The notes under the pieces: model-generated
Databases searched by the model: none
What the model saw: the letters and a program-made list of their open reading frames with translations, nothing else
Told to the model about the DNA's origin: nothing
In this document: positions 18,399-27,973 of the stretch, piece after piece
Layout of the letters: each line of letters starts with the position of its first letter
How positions within the stretch are numbered: the stretch's first letter is position 1
Made by a program: the position numbers and the translations under genes
From: Candidatus Bathyarchaeia archaeon
GTDB taxonomy: Archaea; Thermoproteota; Bathyarchaeia; 40CM-2-53-6
NCBI GenBank assembly: GCA_050013255.1
Contig: JBEKFP010000001.1
Location: forward strand, 704,001-768,000
Length of the DNA stretch: 64,000 nt
Reading direction: 5' to 3'

Positions 18399-18824
18399 TT
18401 AACCAAATACTCTTGAAATGATTACGGCGGCCACAAACACTTCTCCGACAAAAGCTCCGACATACAGTAATGTGAACACAGCATCGAGGAGCTGTAATGG
18501 CGCGACGATCCCGTACTTGAGGAATGTGAGAAGAAATCCGGAGGCTAGGAACATGAGCGCAACTCCCAACCCCAACTTCTCGGCCTTTTGTTGTACTCTG
18601 GTTAGCCCTGCCAAAGCGCCGAGGAGACCTGCAGAGGCGGCGAACAGGGTTATTCCCAAAGGAGATAGCTCAAGTAATGGGAGATTTGAATTTGTAGGCG
18701 TAAATGGCCTCGGAATCTGCAAAAACCAATTGAGGTTCCAATAGGTGAGCCAACACGCCAAGGCCGTCGCTGCCAGAATCAGTAGTGTCAACGTTGCGGG
18801 AATCTCAGTGCGCCAATTCTTCAT
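18399..18824 (-). CDS. Hypothetical 4-TM membrane protein
   Basis: ATG with GGAGGGG upstream; four hydrophobic segments. Confidence 0.6.
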   Translation of the reverse strand: MKNWRTEIPATLTLLILAATALACWLTYWNLNWFLQIPRPFTPTNSNLPLLELSPLGITLFAASAGLLGALAGLTRVQQKAEKLGLGVALMFLASGFLLTFLKYGIVAPLQLLDAVFTLLYVGAFVGEVFVAAVIISRVFG

Positions 18825-18909
18825 GAGCTACCCCTCCGCCTAACTGCGATTCGCTCTGCCCTTTCATATAGATTCCAAGTATTCGGCAAAACCCTCGTAG
18901 CAGGTAGAG

Positions 18910-18964
18910 TCGTTTGTGTCGTTAGAAAGCGTGTTGTTGTGGGTAGGCTGGTGTGCACACACAC
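18910..18964 (-). repeat. Dispersed intergenic repeat, copy 2 (inverted)
   Basis: TCGTTTGTGTCGTTAGAAAGCGTGTTGTTGTGGGTAGGCTGGTGTGCACACACAC. Confidence 0.6.
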
Positions 18965-19027
18965 GACGAAACTGTAGCACTAAATATGCCCAGGTTTCAA
19001 GATAGACAGCCGCGTTGAGGTGTTCTC

Positions 19028-20410
19028 GTGAGAATTGAGCCGCGACTTGAGTTACTGATACTGATTGCTGTTTTCTTTCTCATCCTTGTGCCTAATGTAC
19101 GCGCTTTCACTTTCGAGCCTCAAGTAGGCGTTTGGGGGGACGATTCCTCAAGAGGAAATATGGGAGTGTCTGTCGAGATTCGAACCCATATCTACCCTAC
19201 GAATCCGGGGGACTTCCAGTATTTCTGGGTTGGTGATAACCTGAACAATGGTGCGTTCATTCAGTTCGGCTACATTTACGAGCCGGGATATTATTGCTTG
19301 AATGGCCAGACGGTTGGCGGGAAGTTCACATGTCTAGGTGATTCCGATCACATTGGAGGGTCGGATGCGCGTTGGGAATGGCAGTATTGGCCCAATAGTA
19401 ATGTTAATGACTTCTCTTATGGAAAAGGACCAGCAAACTCGGCCGGACTTGATGGGACATGGCACAAGTATTCAATTGAGCCGAACACTAGAGGAGGTTG
19501 GAGTTTCGTACTTGATGGTCGAGAGGTCTCGTACGTTACAAATGTGTGGACCCGATCCAAGGACGCAGCGTATTTTGTGGCGGAGAAGGGCAGCAATACG
19601 TACGCAACGCTTGGCCGATTAGGGCCAGTCGAATTTAGAAACCTAGCGTACCTCAAAGACGATGGCTGGCACTATGCAACAACGCTGTCTGCGCTGGTAG
19701 GGTGCGCTGTAAACACAAATTGCAACATCAATATCCCCTACGGCGTAATGTCGGAGGGCGCAGGTATTGTGATCGCAGGGAGCGGGATTCAGCGACCGAG
19801 CGACCTCGATTTGTTATGGACTGGGGTTGTTGGTGGCGTGACGTTGACTCTTGATCTGCCGAATAATGTTACTGTCAGAATAGATGACCAGTTTATGCGA
19901 TCTGGTTATTCTCAGCTGTCTCTTTCACGAGGACCGCATACGATCGAGGTACCTCAAGATTCCGCCATCGATTCGAATAACAGGCTTAGGTTCGACCATT
20001 GGAGTGATGGGTCAGTTTCTTTGAATCGGACGTTTACGTTAAACTCTGACACAACACTCAAGGCAATCTATGTTACGCAACACTGGCTAACTATCAATTC
20101 AGTTGTGCCCATGAACGGTTCAGCGTGGTATGACGAAGAATCAACCGTATCTTTCTCGAAACCGACTTCAATCCTGATTCATGCTGACCTCGGAATCCTA
20201 GGTGGTCAGTGGACATTTGACGGATGGTACGAGGACGGAGTCTATTTAACGAGTTCAACCAGCAGTTCCATTGTTATGGATAGACCGCACACTTTGCAAC
20301 TTCACTGGCATCAGAATTACGCAATTCCCCTTGCGATTGTGGCACTTCTGGCTCTGGTGGGTTTTGTTACGGCCTTGGTAGTCAAAAGAAGACGTGAGAA
20401 GTCAGAATAG
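19028..20410 (+). CDS. Secreted, C-terminally anchored protein; possible G1/neprosin-like peptidase domain plus beta-repeat stalk
   Basis: Signal peptide; FWVG..FIQFG and FVAEK motifs; FDHWSDG/FDGW repeats; TM plus KRRR. Confidence 0.6.
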   Translation: MRIEPRLELLILIAVFFLILVPNVRAFTFEPQVGVWGDDSSRGNMGVSVEIRTHIYPTNPGDFQYFWVGDNLNNGAFIQFGYIYEPGYYCLNGQTVGGKFTCLGDSDHIGGSDARWEWQYWPNSNVNDFSYGKGPANSAGLDGTWHKYSIEPNTRGGWSFVLDGREVSYVTNVWTRSKDAAYFVAEKGSNTYATLGRLGPVEFRNLAYLKDDGWHYATTLSALVGCAVNTNCNINIPYGVMSEGAGIVIAGSGIQRPSDLDLLWTGVVGGVTLTLDLPNNVTVRIDDQFMRSGYSQLSLSRGPHTIEVPQDSAIDSNNRLRFDHWSDGSVSLNRTFTLNSDTTLKAIYVTQHWLTINSVVPMNGSAWYDEESTVSFSKPTSILIHADLGILGGQWTFDGWYEDGVYLTSSTSSSIVMDRPHTLQLHWHQNYAIPLAIVALLALVGFVTALVVKRRREKSE

Positions 20411-20425
20411 CGAGGCGCGCCTAGA

Positions 20426-20475
20426 GTGTGTGTGTGCGCACCACTGATACCACAACAACACTTTCGCTCGCAACG
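20426..20475 (+). repeat. Dispersed intergenic repeat, copy 3
   Basis: GTGTGTGTGTGCGCACCACTGATACCACAACAACACTTTCGCTCGCAACG, inverted relative to copy 2. Confidence 0.6.
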
Positions 20476-20610
20476 GTGTTGGTGACCGTTTCCGTATCGG
20501 TTGTCATGACACTTCTTGGACATGTGCCCCCCATGTGTGACAAGCAGCTCTGTTAACCCTAACTGGTTCTCGATATTCTTCCGCCACTGAAATTCAAGCC
20601 GTAGATTCGC

Positions 20611-21348
20611 GTGCGCAAGAGGTTTTATTCTACTGAGACATCAAACTCAGTTCGGAATGTGCATAGGTTGAGAAGGACATTATACACTTTAGCCAGTTTC
20701 TTCCTTCTTTCATCAGTTCTTGCCTCGGCTGCGGCCCAAGGGTTCCCAATATCTGTGAATCTCGGTACTGCGCTTCCTATGCCAATTGGCCAGACCAACA
20801 CTGTCGCGGTCACGGTTGAGGACATCGTGAACAGCACAGTACAGTTAACTTTCGTTGGGCTTCGGTTTGAATGGGATCTCCCAAACAATTTCTTCATTGG
20901 AGGGAACAGCGAGAAGGGGGCAGTTCTTGCGGCTGGGGAGCAAATCACGTATTCGATATCTGTTGTAGTTCCTGCCAACGTTACGCCCGGCACCCACAAG
21001 CTCAGTACCTACGTCACTTACCGTATGCTGAACCAGAAGAATTCGACAGGCGTCGAAGCTGGGTGGTGGGTGGCGGACATACAATTTGCCTACTCTCAAA
21101 CTCAGCAAAGCCAAACTGCAACTGTGACTGGACCGCAACAAAGTTTCAACGCTGAAACCATTGGGGTATTAGTGGCTGTGGTTGCAATAGGGCTGTTCCT
21201 GGAACGTGGCCGAATCAAACGTCTCATTGGGAAATTCCGAGCGACAAGCCCCGCCCCAGCGCAACCTGAGGGCGAACCCCCTGTCGGCGAGAAACCTCCC
21301 GTAACTGAAAACCCCCCTGTAGTCGAGAAGAAAGAGGAAGATCTCTAG
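20611..21348 (+). CDS. Membrane-anchored Ig-like surface protein
   Basis: Signal peptide, beta-rich domain (VGLRFEW..VP.NVTPG), TM, Pro/Glu tail. Confidence 0.65.
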   Translation: MRKRFYSTETSNSVRNVHRLRRTLYTLASFFLLSSVLASAAAQGFPISVNLGTALPMPIGQTNTVAVTVEDIVNSTVQLTFVGLRFEWDLPNNFFIGGNSEKGAVLAAGEQITYSISVVVPANVTPGTHKLSTYVTYRMLNQKNSTGVEAGWWVADIQFAYSQTQQSQTATVTGPQQSFNAETIGVLVAVVAIGLFLERGRIKRLIGKFRATSPAPAQPEGEPPVGEKPPVTENPPVVEKKEEDL

Positions 21349-21382
21349 AACCCCGAACAAAGGACCCGAGGGCTTCCTCGCA

Positions 21383-21991
21383 ATGAAGGGAATTCTAGGA
21401 TTGAACAAAACAAAAACACTGTTACTTTCGTTCGCTGCGTTGTTGCTACTCTCGTCCCTCGGTCTAACCCTGCACCCTGTCATAGGACAAGAACAACAAC
21501 AATTAGATTTGAGTTGGACATTCGATTACAGCCCGCTTGTCTCCGGGGTCGCCAATTCGCTTCACCTACGCATCCTCAACACAGCGCTTGCCCCAGTTCG
21601 AGTGTTATCAGTGGGCATCAGATTCCCGTGGATGAACGCTGATACCTATCTTTCAACAGGAAGCCCCCAAACCCTCGTGGATCTTCCCTCAGGTCAAGAA
21701 GTTAGGTACACGATTCCCTTTCAAATTCCCGTCGACGTGTTGACGGGAAGGTACTCGATGGATACGCTCCTGCAATACCAAATATTCCAGACTGCCCAAT
21801 GGGCCGGGCCTGAATCAATCGCGTACGTACTTGATGTGGTCGTGTTTGGCCGAACAACATCATATTCATTTAGCTTCGATCCCTCTGACGGCCGCATTTA
21901 TTCCGCCGTCGCACTCATCACCCTTGTTGGATGGTACTTGCCGAAGAAGTTGCGACACAAGGCGAAGGGTCAAGGATGCACCTCAGACTAA
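21383..21991 (+). CDS. Membrane-anchored Ig-like surface protein (paralog of 20611..21348)
   Basis: Signal peptide, VGIRFPW..IP.DV..G, C-terminal TM. Confidence 0.65.
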   Translation: MKGILGLNKTKTLLLSFAALLLLSSLGLTLHPVIGQEQQQLDLSWTFDYSPLVSGVANSLHLRILNTALAPVRVLSVGIRFPWMNADTYLSTGSPQTLVDLPSGQEVRYTIPFQIPVDVLTGRYSMDTLLQYQIFQTAQWAGPESIAYVLDVVVFGRTTSYSFSFDPSDGRIYSAVALITLVGWYLPKKLRHKAKGQGCTSD

Positions 21992-23127
21992 GAGACGCCC
22001 TTGCTTTAACGACTGTTACCTACCTTCTCTGCGTATCAGCCAAGATCCTTTACCCGCAATCCTACACCGACATCTTGTTCGTATACTACGCTTTCGTTGT
22101 TCCGACCAATAATGGTATTCCATATCACGACTATTCGGTGTTCACCGCATCCGCAGGGTATGTGTATTCTGCAATACCATCAATACTAATTTGGGTAAGC
22201 GGGCACGCTCCAAACGTTGAATCCTTCCTAGCCACAATGGCTTTTCTGACATACTTCTTCGTCATCGGCATCGTATACTTTCTTTACAGGATCTGTGCTG
22301 AGTTTCAGATTGATCGTGGGAGAATCATCGCATTCTTCGCTGTTACACCATCATTCCTGGTATTGTCCTTCTACAGTTGGGATATTACCGCAGCGTGTTG
22401 CGTAGTTGCGGCGCTATACTATGCCCTCAAAAAGAAGGCACGGCTTACCGGATTCTGGTTGGGTTTAGGATTTGCAGCGAAGGCTTTTCCTTTACTCCTC
22501 TTACCAGTATTCTTGAAAGAGGCACGAACGTGGTCCGATCGTTTCGAAATGTTATCTACAGCTGCCTTGGGTGTGATATTGCCCAGTCTGCCATTCATGA
22601 TCATAGACTTTCATGGGTGGTTCTTTACAGCGCTCTATCCATCAGGCGGAACGAGATGGGGTGTCTATCTCGAGAACAGTATTTGGCTCGTGGTCAGTTA
22701 CTACCAGACGGTCCCAGGCTGGTTAATCGCAGCAGCGACATGGTCTCTCATTCTATTGGCAATTCTCCACGTTACTTACTCTAGGTACTCTCTCATAATG
22801 AAATTGTGGCTCATCGAGGCAGCAACCATTCTCATTTTCCCGTCGTATCCCCCCCAGTTCAATGTTTGGCTGATCCCTCTGTTTGCTCTAAACCCTGTCT
22901 TTCCCCTCATCCCGTTCTTAGCGTTTGATTTTCTTAACACAGCGATCATTCTCTCTTGGTTCACTGTTGATCCATCCCAGGCATGGGGCCCGGTCTGGGA
23001 CATGTTCTTGGCAAGAATAGTCATTTTGGTACTCTTGTTAATATGGGCTGCTCGAAGATCAATCAAGGATCAACCGTTCTCATTACACAATCTCATGTCA
23101 CGAGAACCTCCTCCCCACGTAGAATGA
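21976..23127 (+). CDS. GT-C fold glycosyltransferase (GT87-like)
   Basis: Multi-TM; SWD, GLGFAAKAFPLLLLP, ENSIW and PQFNVWLIP motifs. Confidence 0.75.
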   Translation: MHLRLRDALALTTVTYLLCVSAKILYPQSYTDILFVYYAFVVPTNNGIPYHDYSVFTASAGYVYSAIPSILIWVSGHAPNVESFLATMAFLTYFFVIGIVYFLYRICAEFQIDRGRIIAFFAVTPSFLVLSFYSWDITAACCVVAALYYALKKKARLTGFWLGLGFAAKAFPLLLLPVFLKEARTWSDRFEMLSTAALGVILPSLPFMIIDFHGWFFTALYPSGGTRWGVYLENSIWLVVSYYQTVPGWLIAAATWSLILLAILHVTYSRYSLIMKLWLIEAATILIFPSYPPQFNVWLIPLFALNPVFPLIPFLAFDFLNTAIILSWFTVDPSQAWGPVWDMFLARIVILVLLLIWAARRSIKDQPFSLHNLMSREPPPHVE

Positions 23128-23268
23128 GCGAAGAACTCGGTCGATTATCAATTTGACTTCTTTTGTTCAGACATTTGTTTCTTCTTACGTTATCAACGGA
23201 ATCGGGAAGATCTGCAATTGACTCGGTTGCAAGCTATGTGCCGTAAGCGTAACGTTGAAGATTCAAAT

Positions 23269-24237
23269 TCATTGGTTGCCTAAAGTTTTCGTCCATGCTA
23301 CAGTTCGCGCGAGGCCGGTTTCAAGATCAACGATCGGTCGCCAACCGGTTGCCAGAATCTTTGAAACGTCAGGCACCCTCCTCTGTACGTCTTGGGCGAA
23401 ACTGGGGAGTTGTTTGATCGCAAATTTTTCCTTCCTTTCGCAAAGTCTCCATATTATCCTGGCCAGTTCCAGAACAGACGTCTCGATTCCGCTTCCGATG
23501 TTGAAATCCGTATTGTTGAATCTCTCAGTGAGGTATATAATTGCGTCAGCGATGTCGTCCACGTACGTATAGCTTCTGGTTTGTGTACCGGATCCCAGAA
23601 TTTCAAGCGGATGTTGTTCTGACATAATCTTCCGAATCAGATCAGGAATCACGTGAGCGTAGCCCACGTAATCTCCAGCCATTTCACCAGGACCATACGC
23701 GTTGAATGGTCTGATTATAAGGTAAATGATGCCATATTGCTCATGGTAAGTTCGTGCGATGTACTCTGCGACGAGTTTGGAGAAACCATACCCGCTCAAT
23801 GGTGGTGCTGTGTTCTCTAAGGCTGACTCTGGAGTTGGAAACATTGTGGTCCTTTCAAAAACCATGGATGATGATAGGCACACAACCTTCGTGTCAGTAT
23901 TTCTGGCCGCATCCCAAATATTGAAATTCATTATAGCGTTATCACGTAGGCTCTCTGCTGGCATCTTGTGAAAGTACCCTATTCCGCCTATTCTTGCAGC
24001 AAAGTGGAAACAAATATCCACATCCTCCATAGAAGTCTTCGCTGTCTCAAAGTTCAAAACGTTTCCCTTCGAGAACACTATTTTCTTGGAAACCTCTTCC
24101 AAGTTTCTAGCGAATCCTTTGGACATGTCGTCAACAACAAATACGTTTGCTCCCAGACTCACGAGTTTTCTCACCATTCTATGTCCAATGAACCCCGCAC
24201 CTCCGGTAACTAGGATTCGTTTATCGGTCCACTTCAT
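23269..24237 (-). CDS. NAD-dependent nucleotide-sugar epimerase/dehydratase
   Basis: TGGAGFIG, YGFSK, RPFNAYGP and G.QTRSYTYVDD motifs. Confidence 0.92.
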   Translation of the reverse strand: MKWTDKRILVTGGAGFIGHRMVRKLVSLGANVFVVDDMSKGFARNLEEVSKKIVFSKGNVLNFETAKTSMEDVDICFHFAARIGGIGYFHKMPAESLRDNAIMNFNIWDAARNTDTKVVCLSSSMVFERTTMFPTPESALENTAPPLSGYGFSKLVAEYIARTYHEQYGIIYLIIRPFNAYGPGEMAGDYVGYAHVIPDLIRKIMSEQHPLEILGSGTQTRSYTYVDDIADAIIYLTERFNNTDFNIGSGIETSVLELARIIWRLCERKEKFAIKQLPSFAQDVQRRVPDVSKILATGWRPIVDLETGLARTVAWTKTLGNQ

Positions 24238-25526
24238 GCCTTACCAAACTTCATGTAAGTCGTCTTCTTGAAATCTGACTGACGAAACATGCCCCAAACG
24301 TCATAGATTATTCTAGCTCCTGATTCATCTATCGTAGGGGCCAGACACTCAAACTCTGGATGATTTGTCGCCAATATTACTGCGTCAGGCCTTGCCAAGG
24401 CCGCTCCCAACGTTTGAGTGCCCTTCACGTGAGGATCATGAATAACGACCTCTGCTCCATAAGCTCGCAATATGTCGACGAGTTTAGCCGAAGGCGATAA
24501 TCTTATGTCATCGCTGCCCGCTTTAAACGCCAAACCTAGGACCGAGATTTTGAGTTTGTAAAGTGGTCCTAATGGACCGGACAAAGATTGAACAATATGC
24601 TGTGGCACGGCCTCGTTTAACTTCCACGCGGTAGAAACTATGCTGCTGAAAGTCGTACCGTTGTCGAGTAGGAACCCGTCTTTCCCAAGACACGGACCCC
24701 CCGCAAGTCCAGGTTTAGGTATTTTAGCTCGCCCATATCCCTCGTTTGCAATTCTCACAATTTCATGCGCGTCTTCCCCATACTTCTCGGCCCATATTGC
24801 AAACTCGTTCGCCAGTGCAAAATTTACGTAGCGGAAAACATTCGTGAACAACTTCGCCAACTCCGCACCAGTTGGAGTTGTTACAAGAATCTTCTTTGTC
24901 GGGTTGATCTTGCGAAATAGCTCTGCCGCTATTTCTGCGCTGGCATCATCTTCTGCTCCCACAATCTCAGGCAGTTCATAGAGCTCGCGGTGCGCTTGTC
25001 CCTCAAGAATTCGTTCCGGGCAAACGGCGAGGGCGAAATCGCGCCCAAGCTGAAGACCAGTCTCCTTCGTCAGCATTGGAAGCACTATTGACTTCATTGT
25101 GCCCGGCACAGAAGTTGATCTGAGCAAGATTGCTTTATGTCGCAGATCGACAAGCAAGAGTTCACGGATAGCCGAATAGAGTTGCGAATAGTCGAGCTGG
25201 TATTGATTTCCAGTAGGTGTTCCAACTGTTACTATTATGATGTCTGATTGCTTGAAGCTATCGCTAGTTGATGTTGAAGCCGTAAGCATCTTGTTTCTTA
25301 CGATAAGATCAAGCCAACCTGCCATTGCTGGGTAATAAAACGGCATTTTCCCTTCCGCAATTGATGCAGTTCTTTGCTCGTCAACATCTACTGCGATTAC
25401 TCTAATCCCTGAACGAGCAAGGACGATGCAAAGCGGGAGCCCCACACGGCCTGCGCCTATTACGCTCACTACTGCAGTTCCGTTCCGTATTCGTGCTGGA
25501 ATTTCACTCAGCATTTTCATCACCAA
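24234..25526 (-). CDS. Nucleotide-sugar dehydrogenase (WecC/Ugd family)
   Basis: GAGRVGLP, VGTP, RSTSVPG, CPERILEG, AELAKL, GGPCLGKD and GLAFK..SDD.R.SP motifs. Confidence 0.92.
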   Translation of the reverse strand: MVMKMLSEIPARIRNGTAVVSVIGAGRVGLPLCIVLARSGIRVIAVDVDEQRTASIAEGKMPFYYPAMAGWLDLIVRNKMLTASTSTSDSFKQSDIIIVTVGTPTGNQYQLDYSQLYSAIRELLLVDLRHKAILLRSTSVPGTMKSIVLPMLTKETGLQLGRDFALAVCPERILEGQAHRELYELPEIVGAEDDASAEIAAELFRKINPTKKILVTTPTGAELAKLFTNVFRYVNFALANEFAIWAEKYGEDAHEIVRIANEGYGRAKIPKPGLAGGPCLGKDGFLLDNGTTFSSIVSTAWKLNEAVPQHIVQSLSGPLGPLYKLKISVLGLAFKAGSDDIRLSPSAKLVDILRAYGAEVVIHDPHVKGTQTLGAALARPDAVILATNHPEFECLAPTIDESGARIIYDVWGMFRQSDFKKTTYMKFGKA

Positions 25527-26244
25527 TGCCGCAATAGGTTACTAGTGTTTGATAAGTCTCTAATAACGCGATTGAACTGAGAGATGCGAATTTCTGCAGG
25601 AAGCCAAAAGGCAGCACAGACACTTGCCTCTGTTGTGATAGCGGTATGCAAGGGTTCACCACAGCGAACGCTTCGTGTAATCGATCACGCCTACTTCGGA
25701 TGGAGCCGAGCAGAATTTAAAACGGAAGATTGAGATACAATTGATAATTCTGAACCTCAACTCCCGGAAGGTTTCGTGAGGGCGACCTAGCCTGGGCTTG
25801 GATGTACTCAAAACCGCAGCGGAAACGTCAGAAGGTAATTCTTGGCCGCGTTTCCATTCGTGACGATTACATCGGTCCTGAATTATGTTGGTGAATTGTA
25901 GGGACCTAGTGACTTAATTGGCCTGTTACATGGGACTGGGTGAAGGGAGAAGAATCCCATTTCCACGCAAATTGGTATGATGTATGGTCCATCGATGATT
26001 ATGCGCTGCAGTCCATGGAACGGTGTCTCCTGCAAGATGCTCATTTCCAGAGGAAAACGTACAATCACTAAGCTTCTTAATTCCGAACCGGAATACGGCT
26101 GAAGCGATCATGCAGGGCCCCTCTCGGGATGGAAACGGCTCGGGATAGTGAGTGCCAGCCTCTGTAATTTCACGCTAGTCAGCAAACCTGTGAAATATTT
26201 GTTCCAGTAAATGATTGATGATAACACTTTAGCCTAAGTCCTAA

Positions 26245-27729
26245 TCAGAGTCTGCCGGCGAGATGACTGGTTATCTTTCGGGTAGCATATGCTAGGCTCC
26301 CAGCTGCGATGATTTTACGAATGCGCCTAGGGTGAAGCAGTTCTCGAAGCAGTACGCTTGTATACCATTTCTTGAGAGCGGTTTTATGAAGTTCCTCAAT
26401 TTCACCTGTCGAGAGTTGGGGGTAATTGAGAACCGAGAAGTTCCCGCCATCATACATGGTCCAGTCTGTTGTGGTTAGCCATCCGTTTTCCTTGGCTTGC
26501 ATATAGAATGGTGTTCCTGGGAATGGCGTGGCTATCGAGAACTGCACGCTGTCTGTATCCAAACTCTTCGCGAATTTTATTGTCCTGAGTATATCCTCTC
26601 TAGTCTCGCCCGGCAGCCCAATTATATATGTCGCGTGGGTCCATATACCTAATTTCTTACACCATTCAGCGAAGGTCTTGGTTCTCTGAGCATTGACAAA
26701 ATGCTTCCGTATAGCGTTAAGTGTCGTTGCGTTAGCTGACTCGACGCCGAACTTCAAGCCTACGCAACCTGCAGTTGACATTTGTTTCAATGTTTCTTGA
26801 TCCAACGTTATGTCTCCCATGCCTGCCCAAGGCAAATCAAGACCTCTCTTTCGAATCTCATCGCAGAATAGCCTCAGGCGCTGTCTATCTACTGCGAAGG
26901 TGTCATCATCAAAGTAGACCTGTCTAGCACCATACTTTTCCGACACGGCTACCATTTCATCAACAATGGAGGTAGGATGCCTCTTACTGTAATAGGACGT
27001 ATCGCCATACATTACCCTGATAGGCATACAGAACGAACATTTGTAGGGGCAACCACGAGAAGTCAGCATCTGAACACATGGCTTCCCTGCGACTTCAAAA
27101 TCATGATACCACTGCACCTTGAAGTCATCCCTGTCAGGGTAAGGTAACTGATCAAGATCAGCCAAAGTGGAATTATGTGCGTTCGAGCGGTTCGTGATCA
27201 CTTGAGCCTCTCTGCGATATGCAATTGAATCAACCAAAACTGTTCCTTTGCCGTTCTGCTGCTCGAATCGGACGAAATCCCGGAAACTTTGCTCATACTC
27301 CCCGAGCATGCAGTAGTCGATGTAAGGATATTCCATCAGCACGTCGTTTGCCAGCGCCGTCACGTGTCCACCTGCTAGGACTATTTTGCAGCCTATGCGA
27401 GTTTTGATTTCGGATAGCAACTTCATTGTTGGCGGAAAACTCACGGTCGGGACATCTACCAGAAGGATGTCAGGAGAAAAAGCAGAAACCGACTGGATGA
27501 ATTCTGAGGCATCTAGATCCATGGCGCACGCGTCAAGTCCGACGACCTCATTGGTCGGATCTTGCTTGAGGAGCGAGGTTGCGTAACCTAGACCGAAGGG
27601 GTAGGGCTGATAATGTTCTTTTACGTGCTTTGGAATGAAGAGGCTAAAGCTCCATCTGCTTCCGGACTGAATGAAGTGCCTTTTGGGATCATCCATGTAA
27701 GCAGGCGGATTCGCTAACATTACTCGCAT
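26245..27729 (-). CDS. B12-binding radical SAM protein
   Basis: N-terminal B12-binding region (YPFGLGY..GGHVT..GEYE), SRGCPYKCSFC, FDDDTF, GVES, IIGLPGET, ATPFPGT. Confidence 0.9.
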   Translation of the reverse strand: MRVMLANPPAYMDDPKRHFIQSGSRWSFSLFIPKHVKEHYQPYPFGLGYATSLLKQDPTNEVVGLDACAMDLDASEFIQSVSAFSPDILLVDVPTVSFPPTMKLLSEIKTRIGCKIVLAGGHVTALANDVLMEYPYIDYCMLGEYEQSFRDFVRFEQQNGKGTVLVDSIAYRREAQVITNRSNAHNSTLADLDQLPYPDRDDFKVQWYHDFEVAGKPCVQMLTSRGCPYKCSFCMPIRVMYGDTSYYSKRHPTSIVDEMVAVSEKYGARQVYFDDDTFAVDRQRLRLFCDEIRKRGLDLPWAGMGDITLDQETLKQMSTAGCVGLKFGVESANATTLNAIRKHFVNAQRTKTFAEWCKKLGIWTHATYIIGLPGETREDILRTIKFAKSLDTDSVQFSIATPFPGTPFYMQAKENGWLTTTDWTMYDGGNFSVLNYPQLSTGEIEELHKTALKKWYTSVLLRELLHPRRIRKIIAAGSLAYATRKITSHLAGRL

Positions 27730-27973
27730 GGGATTTTCCTAGCGTGTGCCTTGTTCGCTGCCATAAATAGTCCATACGGTATAAGAGTGTTGGCGGAGTC
27801 CAGCGGATAATGTATTGCGGAACCCCAGGACTTTGTTCCTATCCTTTCGCCTTTCGCGATTCAATGCATCTGTGACTGACATGAATGTGACTGAAAATCT
27901 AAAGGGACTACTTAGGATCAAGTGCAACCATTAATCGATCTAAAAGGGTGGCTACGTTGATTAGGGCCTGATA

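Noticed and set aside
25527-26244. Possible ncRNA or gene in a 700-bp gap
   Set aside because: Only short ORFs without recognisable motifs and no convincing structure seen
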